Below the pieces are notes generated by a model that worked only from the letters and a program-made list of their open reading frames with translations, did no database searches and was not told where the DNA came from. The position numbers and the translations under genes are program-made. Positions 1-8,937 of a stretch of 20,000 nucleotides of DNA are shown piece after piece. Position 1 is the stretch's first letter, and each line of letters opens with the position of its first letter. The stretch comes from Toensbergia leucococca (lineage: Eukaryota): positions 54,937-74,936 of the forward strand of contig JALDZS010000116.1 of assembly GCA_022813965.1 (NCBI GenBank), given 5' to 3'.

Positions 1-422
1 TAAATTCGCTGGCTTTGAGACTTTTGGCGCTTGAGTTGGAGATAGTTGAGAACTGGCTTACTGGATCGAGGAGTCGGGAAGCAAGACTCCTGTACGAAGG
101 TTAAGAAAAACAAAGAAGACAGAACGTCAAACATGCTGAAATACTCGCATTTCACCCCTCCAATAGCGTTCATTCGACTTGAAAGTGCTGTTCAAATCCC
201 TTTCGTTGCCATTTGCCTGCATCCAGTTCTTTGTTCCAAAAACGGGACAATGCTATTGTTTACCTCCAACGGCCTTTGTTCGATACCCACATCCCCATCA
301 GACCAACAAAGCTCCACAGCACTCAATCCAATCTCTCTGTCATTCCTCCCTTCTCCCATTCCCACCAATCCCGCCACACCTCACTCTCTCCTCGCATCCT
401 CCATCCGCTCAAAAAGCAAGGA

Positions 423-740
423 ATGTCGCCAAAGACCTAATTCATTACTCCTGCACTCACTACGGCGCCACTGAGCTCCTCCGCTGTCTCTCCCGCCCCA
501 ACTGCACAATCCACAGCTCGGTCATCACGACCAAGAGTGTCTGTCCGTCGTGTTTTGAGTTTCGGAAACGGATTGCAAGGAAGGTATGTGAGATTTTGAG
601 GAAGTAGAGAGAGGGGGTTTTTGGAGGTGGGTCTATGTGCATAGCTGACGTGATGGTGTTTTTAGGGAGGTAAAGAGGAAGGGCGATGGGAGGGGACGAG
701 GAGAAAGAAGAGAAAGGGGTGGTGGTGTCTTTTTTGCTAA
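423..740 (+). CDS. Putative small Cys-rich protein, 2 exons (~423-583, 666-740); start uncertain or frameshifted, possibly a pseudogene
   Basis: The ORF 179..607 frame gives AKDLIHYSCTH...C...C...CPSC...RIARK. A canonical intron at 584-665 (GTATGT, GCTGAC, TTTAG) joins it in frame to GGKEEGRWEGTRRKKRKGWWCLFC* (TAA 738-740). There is no in-frame ATG; the ATG at 423 (ATGTCGCC) is one base out of frame. Confidence 0.5.
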
Positions 741-1318
741 TTTGGTGCTTCGTACGTACGTGTTTTAGATAGATAGCAGTTCTGAAGTAACATCTTATCC
801 ATTGACAAGCTGTCTCTAATGTAGCGGATGTACGGTTGATAATAGAAGCAACAGCCAGAGCCGAGCAAAACTCTTGGTCTTGCAGCTTGCACTGTAGCAT
901 CTTCCTCGTACCCATATTAGTTCTGCGAGCTCGATCTTTCGTTAGGCCTATTCTGCGAACTCGAGGATTTTTTTTTTGAAAAATTTTCAAGCACTGAGGA
1001 GATGGCAATAAAAAAGCAGCAGACTCGACCAGTCTCAGAGTCCGCACGTCTCATTTAAAAAATTTGAAGATATTCCGCTCATAGGCTGAATTTACTAGCA
1101 GCCGCAGAGGCACAAGAAAGAGCAAGATCGAGGCAGTTGTCAATGCTTCAACAGGTTGAGGGATTGCACAAAGGCACGGGCCGTCGAGGGCGTTCAAGAT
1201 GCCTGTTCAAATGAAAGTGGAACTTGGATTGGGAGTTCAGAGCGCAAGTGTGACGACAGTCGTTTTGGGAGAGCATATAGGATAATCATGTCTTCTTTCT
1301 TTTATCTATATACGTGCG

Positions 1319-1756
1319 CTAAGGTTCATGATATAGCTTGATTTCCGGAATTGGCAAAGCCGTGGTTGGTGGATCGGAGTAACCGCCCTGCTGTCTAGAG
1401 CTCATCGTAGGCCTTTCCACATATCTGCCTGCGCTATTCGCTATCGGCGCTGAAATGTCAAAGTGCCCATGTCCCTCGTCCTCGAGCGTCGGTAACAATT
1501 CATACTGGTGGTGCTGCAAGATCTGTCCCTCTAGCGCAGGCGAATCATGGTCTCGTATTTCAACATCTGGTTTGAAACTGACTTTTTTCCTTCGAATTGG
1601 GTGGATGGTTTTGCGCCAGTGCTTAAAGTAAATGTAGGTGAGGACGGCGAGGAGGAAGAAGAGGCTGCTGATTACTATTGCTGCGATGGTGGCGGGGCCG
1701 ATATGGGAGTGATTGGCGGCGGAGAGGTCGCTGGATGCGATGTTGAGAGTGTCCAT
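1319..1756 (-). CDS. Hypothetical single-pass membrane protein (145 aa)
   Basis: ATG-initiated ORF with one hydrophobic helix (IAAIVISSLFFLLAVLTYIYF) followed by a basic stop-transfer segment (KHWRKTIHPIRRKK) and a low-complexity tail; the upstream leader is pyrimidine-rich. Confidence 0.65.
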   Translation of the reverse strand: MDTLNIASSDLSAANHSHIGPATIAAIVISSLFFLLAVLTYIYFKHWRKTIHPIRRKKVSFKPDVEIRDHDSPALEGQILQHHQYELLPTLEDEGHGHFDISAPIANSAGRYVERPTMSSRQQGGYSDPPTTALPIPEIKLYHEP

Positions 1757-2308
1757 TTCTAGGAGGATGGAAATGGGGCGATTTGCTTAGGAGAGTGCTA
1801 GAGTGGAGGTGGTTTGCCGTGATTGAAGGAGAAGCGGCGAGGAGTGACAAGATGCGTGCATAGCTCTCGCTCTGGATTTATAGAGCATGTTGGTTTGTAT
1901 TATCCTTCTTGGTAGACTACGCGTGGCATGATAGCTTCGCCTCGACGGATGATTGTATTTTAGTCGCTGAGGCTCAAGCGTAGAGCCTTACGGGAGCAGT
2001 TGTTGGTGGCGCATACACTAAGTGTGATAATCAGCCTGATTGACATGAGACATGATACCGCCATCATCCATGATTAAAATGGGCGAGATGATCTGTCGAT
2101 CGAGTGAGTCGTTTGAGCGATGCTATGCAGTCTCTGTATTTGAACGAGGCGTCTTCAGCTCTTTCGGCTTGTTCGTTGATAGTTGTGAGCATCGAAACTC
2201 TTTCATCTCGATCCTCAACTTACCTGAAAAGCAACCAAAGTGCCCTTCACTCATCATCTCGTCGATCCTCGCTTATCTCTTTCGATTTGATATGAACATC
2301 GCCAGCTT

Positions 2309-3631
2309 TCATCGGAGATATTCGCAAATCGGTAATCTGTACTCCTTCAGCACCCAGTACTTTCTTCGAACCCCGTCCCATTCTCCATCTCCCAAGTGCG
2401 GTACCCCAATAGTCTCCCATTCCATATCGAACCCGGCCTCTAAAACATCCATCTCGACAACTTTGGCATACACATCATAGCAAATCTGTCTATCAGCACC
2501 CAGCCCATTGAAAAATCCCCATTTACCCTCTTCCTCGAGCAATCCAATCATATACTCGGAGAAGAATTCCCTCAAAGCTTTGTAGTCTTCCGCAAAGGTG
2601 TCGAAATAAATAGCATCGAATAACACCCCTTGCTCAATTAACCTCGGAAGTACTTCTTGCCATTTCCCCTCATGAATCGTCATGCCCAACTTCTCATCCC
2701 ATCCTTCCTGTTTCATTCGAATTAGAATTGCAGGATGGGCTTCGATGATATGGTGCGAGGTGGGCGACTTGGTTTGGAAGAAGTTGTCAATTATGCCCAT
2801 ACCGTGACCTATATTTAGGATTCGTAGGCCCGGTTTCGGGGCCAGTAATTCTGCGGTGCGTTTCATGATGTCCGTTTCCCAGGCCATCATTACACCATTG
2901 TTATCGCCATCTAATATCCGATCGGTTTGGAAGCTGAGATCAGACTGTAGATAGTCTTCGCTCTTCGCTTCCCTCTTTTGAGCGTCTGCAACAAAATCCG
3001 TCTCTTTCTCTTGCATGGGTACGATATCGACTTCCTCATGCACCGTTTCTTGCCCCTGAATGCCAAAGGCCTCCCCAATATTGATTCCTAGATCTTCTTC
3101 TTCTTCTTTCTTAAGATCATCGTCTTCATCTTCACCATCTCCTAGTAACTCGAATCCATCTAGCCGGTTCAGCAACATCTCTGCCCGAACCCCCGCATCG
3201 ACCATGATCTCATATAAGTCTCGTAAACCCAATCTTAGCGCTAAGCATCCTGGAGTCTCATCGTTCTTGTCAAGATCGTTCCATATAGCTCCATTTTGCA
3301 ATAGCAATCTCATTGTTTCAGCTGCTGCTTCAATGTCCGGATTATTCCTCTCAGTCTGGTCTGCGGTAGAACTCCCGTTCTTGGTATTCCATCCGTTGGT
3401 TATTTGCCCATTAATCTGGAGAGTGCCTTGTGTGGCTGGTATGGGAGATGAAGGCTCGCAAGCAGCAATTGCAGCATGGAGAGGAGTAAAACCAGTTTCT
3501 GGGTCTTGGACACTTGCCGACCCAGTCCGGAGGAGGATTCGGAGAGATTCAATATTGTGGTGGGAGGAGGCGAGGATAATTGATTGGGCAGAAAGATCTG
3601 GGTCTGGGTCATTGAGATCATCAATCTCCAT
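2309..3631 (-). CDS. RMT2: Protein arginine N-methyltransferase 2 (type IV, ankyrin repeat plus GAMT-like domain), single exon, 440 aa
   Basis: Ankyrin segment (ETGFTPLHAAI; LLQNGAIWNDLDKNDETPGC), then NGVMMAWET, SAM motif LNIGHGMGIID, HHIIEAHP, FDAIYFDTF, FFNGLGADR and W.GVRRKYW, all typical of fungal Rmt2. Confidence 0.95.
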   Translation of the reverse strand: MEIDDLNDPDPDLSAQSIILASSHHNIESLRILLRTGSASVQDPETGFTPLHAAIAACEPSSPIPATQGTLQINGQITNGWNTKNGSSTADQTERNNPDIEAAAETMRLLLQNGAIWNDLDKNDETPGCLALRLGLRDLYEIMVDAGVRAEMLLNRLDGFELLGDGEDEDDDLKKEEEEDLGINIGEAFGIQGQETVHEEVDIVPMQEKETDFVADAQKREAKSEDYLQSDLSFQTDRILDGDNNGVMMAWETDIMKRTAELLAPKPGLRILNIGHGMGIIDNFFQTKSPTSHHIIEAHPAILIRMKQEGWDEKLGMTIHEGKWQEVLPRLIEQGVLFDAIYFDTFAEDYKALREFFSEYMIGLLEEEGKWGFFNGLGADRQICYDVYAKVVEMDVLEAGFDMEWETIGVPHLGDGEWDGVRRKYWVLKEYRLPICEYLR

Positions 3632-4125
3632 GATTAGTAGAATGTCCAGACCAAGTGATCCAGAGTCTTAGACAGTTCCAGAAGTCGGTGTGTCTGTTGG
3701 AGTGCAGAATCTACAAATACGGTACTCGTACCTTCGAGGAGGCGGGAGTCGCTTAGCCCTATCAAGGTTGAAGCAAGCCTTGACAGTTATTCAACTCTCT
3801 CTCATTTACAGAGGGAGCTAAAAGCGAACGTTGACATTTTGTTCCATTGTGAAAGCTTACATATCAAACGATGCCAATTCCCGTAGTCATACGTAAGAAA
3901 CATATCGGATTTGGTAGTATTTCTATCACTTCTGCATCGAGACGCAGGCTTCCGATCGCTACATTGCATGCCACGGGCCATTGTCGCAGGCACGGGAGCC
4001 ATTAGAAAGAGATGTGACACATCAAATTTCAAACGCGCTACCACTAATACAGGGCAGCTCACTGAATGGAAAGATGCCGACAGCCTCGTTGACACAAATC
4101 ATTAACATACCATTGTGCCATCGCC

Positions 4126-4644
4126 ATGACAAGAGTCAGTTATTTCGATTCCTTCCCTCCCTTCGTGCAAAACCCAACTGCTCCCATCGAAGGGGAATTC
4201 ATCCGACTTGCTGAACATCGGCACTGGGTCCGTGGAAGCAAAAGATATAGGACCGAACACCGCCGATGTTTGTTATTAGAATTCGATCATCATGTGGCTG
4301 CAATAGTTGCGGATGGTAAACTCGGCGGATGGCAAGCCTTGTGTGAAGAAGTGGGCGTGGTGGCTATTCCTTCAACCATTACGCAATGCAAGAAGGTACC
4401 CAGCTATTGATCCCTAGAATTTCGTCGGCATGAGCATCATTACTGAGCTCTCCGCTAGGTTTTGAGAAACGTTCATGTTAATCTTGTCGATTTGATTAAT
4501 AGTCGACGACAAGGGAATCAAGTCCCAACCTTCTCTTCTTATTTGGCTCTGAGGAAGTACACATTAGACTCGAAGAAGATATTTCCAAAGGCGAAAGCAA
4601 AGAAGGATGGGCTAATCCACATTCTACTACGTGTGATCTTTTAA
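4126..4644 (+). CDS. Fungal hypothetical protein (~151 aa), exons 4126-4395 and 4459-4644
   Basis: Intron 4396-4458 (GTACCC...CTGAG...CTAG) fuses two ORFs in frame: KLGGWQALCEEVG...PSTITQCKK|VLRNVHVNLVDLI...L.KYT....KIFPK..AK. This pattern resembles a widespread uncharacterised fungal family. Confidence 0.85.
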
Positions 4645-4947
4645 GCCAGGTTGTCTTCAAATCGGGCAGAAGTCCTAGGGGATACATTGCAAGGCGAAAA
4701 AACAACTCGGTCAGCGTACTACCAGAATAATTTTGGGGCACTTTTTGGCATTTTTTAAAGCATATGTTGAACAACCGCAGAAAAGCTCAAGGGTGTAATG
4801 CTGTAAATCTTCTTTCTAAACCTACTCCGTCGCTAACCATGTCTCGGAGAAACTGTATTCATAACCCAAATCAAAGGACCGTTCTCCCGAGAGACTTTTA
4901 TCCTTAACAACGATACTTAAAAAGTATAACAGAGCGCAATTTGGGGC

Positions 4948-6419
4948 TCAGTCGCTCGAGGAAGGATCGCCTGGCTTTTGACCGTATACGACATGAATGT
5001 TAATCATCTATTCAAGCGGATCCGTCAGCAATAGTCTAGGATTTTCATTTGTGTAGGATACCAAGCTTACCGCATGGATCTTGGGATTCCTAAGCTGAGC
5101 TCTGACATCGGCCAGAATTGTCTGTACCTTTTCCACGGAATACCCTAGCACTCGCGTATAGAGTGCGATGGAGAATCCTTCGAGACCTTCTAAAAGGCCC
5201 GCGAGATTGAACGCACCCATCTCCTTCTGTGGAACGCCGATGAAACAACAATTAGATCAAATTGGTCGTAGGAGAGGTGACAGGATGCTATGTGAGGCGA
5301 GTCTACTCTCTGAACTTACCAGTCTTTTGTCTTTTGCCCATGGTCCTAATGGAGCCTTGTGGATCTTATGCGACACATTGATGAAACCAGACTCATGGGC
5401 GAATTTTTCAGTGACGAGTCCTGGACAGGGTACTTTACCCATCTTCTCCGCCGCTGCAAATAGCTCCTCGGACCAAAGCTGGATCGGAGAACCCTTCTTG
5501 AAAGTATCATCATCTGAATACCAGTGGTAGTCAAATTCCTGCCATTCGCACCATCCTCCTGGTTTGGTGAATCTGAATTTCTTCTTGTTATTTTTGTTTT
5601 AAAAGATAATACAATTGTTGAAGAAAGGCAGGGATCATCCAAGGAGACGGGATGCTCACTGATAGCACTGCCTTGCAAGCTTGCCCCAGTCTGCAATAGC
5701 AAAATCCAGATGGCGAGAATGTATAAAATCAAATTGACCGCTATAGCTCCATTCGCTCTCGATATCGTCCACCTCAAAGGTCAGATTCGGGGGGACCCAT
5801 TTTGGTTGAATGGCGCTCAGATCGTTACCAATAACTGCGGCGTTTGGGAACTCATCGGCGATTTCAATAGCCCAAATGCCAGTACCTGTCCCGAGATCGA
5901 GGATGCGTTTGGGATCTTTATTTATCGGTGCGGTATATAATCTTTCTTCCAAGGCGAGCATGATTAGGCGATGGGTAAGATCAAGCCGTTCCTGCTCCTG
6001 CTCGTCGTTGGGGAAAACATAAGCTCCTTCGCGATAGGCATGGTAACGTCGGCCATTCTCTTCCTTATAGTTGACCACACTCGAGGCGAGTGAAGTGGTG
6101 AAGCTCGCACTGCGTACATATTAGTACGTGATGTTTGGCGTGATGGGAATTTGAAAGCGTACGTCTCCGAATCGTAAGCGGAATCGTCGTGGTCTTGGTT
6201 CTGGGCAGGGGTTTCAGTCGACGAGTTGGGAGCCATGTCATACGATAAGTGTTCACTTACGTCTTGATCGACTTCAATGGGCAGACCTTCTGAGATGGGC
6301 ACTGGCGTAGGCTGAGGTGCAATGGCAGGCACAGATTCGGTGGTAGGCTCAGGTATACTGGCAGGTTCAGGTGCATTGGCAGGCTCAGGTACAATGGCAG
6401 GCTCTGTAGCTCCTTCCAT
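4948..6419 (-). CDS. LaeA-like class I SAM-dependent methyltransferase (Methyltransf_23 type), exons 6419-6261, 6200-6163, 6109-5660, 5572-5320, 5226-5071, 5007-4948
   Basis: The spliced product has TSLASSVVNYKEENGRRYHAY, FPNDEQEQERLD, ILDLGTGTGIWA, DLSAIQP.WVPPNL.FEVDD.E, FDFIHSR, KPGGW.E.QE, PLGPWAKDKRLKEMG and a C-terminal VVYGQKP. All five introns are GT-AG and keep phase. Confidence 0.92.
6310..6405 (-). repeat. Degenerate 18-nt coding tandem repeat (EPAxxP)n in the methyltransferase N-terminus
   Basis: Plus-strand units GGCAGGTTCAGGTGCATT / GGCAGGCTCAGGTACAAT / GGCAGGCTCTG encode EPAIVP-EPANAP-EPASIP-EPTTES. Confidence 0.75.
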
Positions 6420-7581
6420 GTCGAGTACAAGTTCCAAAATGGCAGTGATGAAGTCGTCAAAATAGAATTACAGCGACTGGCAATTAAGCTACTCGTATAT
6501 TCATCCGTATCCGAGATGCAATAGCTTCTGGCTCGGCCACTGGAAGAGTAAGGTCAATACGACGGGCGTTTAGGGCAAAGATCGAGTCGGAGAAGTGCGC
6601 AAGTCCGAGTCTATATGCGTTGGTAGTGGCATCGGTGCTCTTGTATCCGTACTGTGCAAGCGTTTTACCTACCCCAAGCGGCCCGCCCGCTGCAGGCTTG
6701 TGTCCACCAAGCGCTTGCAAGAGGATTCCATTCGCTGTCGACGTTTTCCTCGAATCATCACTGCTTATCGAGTACAAGCGCATCGGATATGTCCTAGCCC
6801 TGTCGTCTGCACTTTCCCTGTTGGTTGGAGTGGTTGTGGCTTTGCGGCAATTTATCATTGGATCAATAATCCATCGACGTCCGCATAATCGCATAGGTAG
6901 GATGTAGACCCTGCGCTCAGCTTGACCAATTGAGGTATATAACACCGGTGGCTGATGGTCCCTCAAGTTGAAAATTCTATATACAGGTACGTAGTTCTTA
7001 GTTGATGAGAGAATGACCTGAAATAGGAACCACAAGCAAGCTATTGAACCCATCAAGGCTCCATGTTTCATTTGTTGAAGACTTGTGCCAGGTAGTATTA
7101 TCAAGTCCGTACGATAGCGGCAGTTGCGGTAAATCGATGTAAAGAAAGTGAATTAAGGCTGACAGATTTGTTTCTATTGACAGATTGACAGAGCCAAAAG
7201 TAGTGGGTGTGGGGACCGATGGACCTAGGGTTGAGACCTACTGGCCCGTCTGCAATTGCTATCAAACCTTATCGCGACCCCTTGCTGCCTCGCAGTTGAG
7301 CTATTGTAATACTCGTACGCTCTACCTACCTACTTTTGATACTCGTATGTAGTTAGAAATATGAATTACTCGACGAATGCAATCGTGTGTCAAAAGTAGA
7401 TCAATATTCAGTCTAAAGATGCATGTGCAATGCCCCGAATTTCCTTTCAAAAAGATCGAAACAACCAAACTAAAAGCTGGTGCTGAAACTGAGAAAATGA
7501 CGTACGAATTCCAATGACGTCCTCACAGTTACACCAACACTTGAAAGCTCATCCACAGACCTCCAACAGAACCCCTATAAG

Positions 7582-8836
7582 ATGAAATTTACCTGGAACA
7601 ACGAGGCCACAACCCCGCGCCTCGTCCTCACGGCCCCAGGTCCAGAATTCGACCCCCGAACCATCAAGCACTGGCAAGAAGAAGGCTACCAAGTCGCCTA
7701 CCTAACCTACAATAAAAACAACAGAAAAGAATACATTAGACATCTGCAGCATCTCGCCGACCCACTCGATCTGGGCGAGAAGTACGCTATAGTAGGTCTG
7801 CTTGCTCCGAGAGACCCGTTGCATATCGCATGGGCTAATTGCTGGTTTTTGGGGGCGGTATAGCTTATGGCGAAGCGGCGTCGCTAGTTCTCGAAGCATG
7901 CATCAAGCCGATGCCTAAGCTGAGCACCGTCATAGCGTATTATCCCGACAAATTGCCCGCGCCGCACGTTGGGTATGCGCCTAGTCTGGACGTGCTGGTT
8001 CATATGGCGGGGTCGCAGGGCATGGCGCCTAAGACGCGGTCGTACAATTATCCGAATGCGGAGCCCGGCTTTGCAGAGGAGGATCTAGACGAGTACGAAA
8101 AGATTTCGGCGGGATTGGCGTGGAGTCGGACATTGGGGACGGTGAGGAAGGGGTTTGGCATTGAGGTTGATTTGGAGGAAGTTTGGGAGGAGCATTTAGG
8201 ACGTGAGTTGTGCATCCTATTATGGTAGGATTGATGATGGAGAGTTGGGGGCTCACTGTTTCGTGGCGGTTAGTTGAATTCTTTACTAAAGACGCTGATG
8301 CCACGATGGCGACTATGGTTGCACAACCGTATGTGAACCACATTCCAACGTTGACGGTAGGTTTGCGTTCATTGTTTTTGAACAAAGCAAGGCTGAGACT
8401 CACAAACCAGGGCGGCATTGGTTACAGCGATCTTCATCGATTCTATCGTGATTTTTTCATTCCTGGTAATCCGCCTTCGATGAAGATGCGTCTCTTATCG
8501 CGGACGATAGGAGTGGATCGTGTGGTTGACGAAATGCATGTCAGATTCCGACATACGCAGGTCATCCCTTGGATACTACCAGGCGTGGAACCGACGGAGA
8601 AGGAGGTCGAGATCGCGCTGGTAAGTATTGTGTGCATTCGGGGAGGAAAATTATACCATGAGCATATTTATTGGGACCAGGCCACAGTGCTTGTGCAAAT
8701 TGGTCTTTTGGATTCTAATCTATTGACGAAAGGCAAGCCTGCGAGGCGGCTTCCTGTGGTTGATAGTGCAGGAGCAAGGAAGGTATTGGATGAGAGCAGC
8801 GTGAAGAGCAATGAGCTCATAAAAGGGTGGTTGTGA
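7582..8836 (+). CDS. Dienelactone-hydrolase-like N-terminal domain fused to a SnoaL/NTF2-like domain, exons 7582-7795, 7864-8202, 8274-8356, 8411-8836
   Basis: Three GT-AG introns join the ORFs in phase. Motifs: IAYYP, Y.YP.AEPGFAE, SAGLAWSRTL..VRK; then LEEVWEEH..LEF..KDADATM.TMV..PYVNHIPTLTGGIG...L.RFY..FFIP.NP, SRTIGVDRVVDE, H...IPWILPG, KLYHEHIYWDQATVL.QIGLL. Confidence 0.9.
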
Positions 8837-8937
8837 TTCTTGAATCCTCCCTACCTCTGAGGATGTCGACTGGGTATCCGAGATTGTTGTACAAAGGATA
8901 GGGGCGTTATGGAAATGCTGGGCCCCTTTTAATGCCA

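Noticed and set aside
968..990. Poly-T plus the palindrome TTGAAAAATTTTCAA, resembling the yeast RRPE element
   Set aside because: It lies between convergent 3' ends rather than in a promoter; low-complexity A/T sequence gives this by chance.
460..1047. 195-aa minus-strand ORF
   Set aside because: Non-ATG start, no recognisable motif, and it overlaps the better-supported spliced plus-strand gene.
3060..3671. Long antisense ORFs over RMT2 (similarly 9368-9958, 12729-13133 and 16552-17283 over other genes)
   Set aside because: Shadow frames of genuine genes, caused by codon bias.
6484..7104. 206-aa minus-strand ORF and overlapping plus ORFs (one with a hydrophobic stretch)
   Set aside because: TTG starts, no recognisable domain and no supporting intron structure; probably promoter or 5' UTR of the methyltransferase. 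An orphan gene cannot be fully excluded.
7159..7350. Short repeats TGACAGA(TT) x3 and ATACTCGTA x2 in the divergent intergenic region
   Set aside because: Too short and irregular for an array or TE end; could be TF sites but unsupported.
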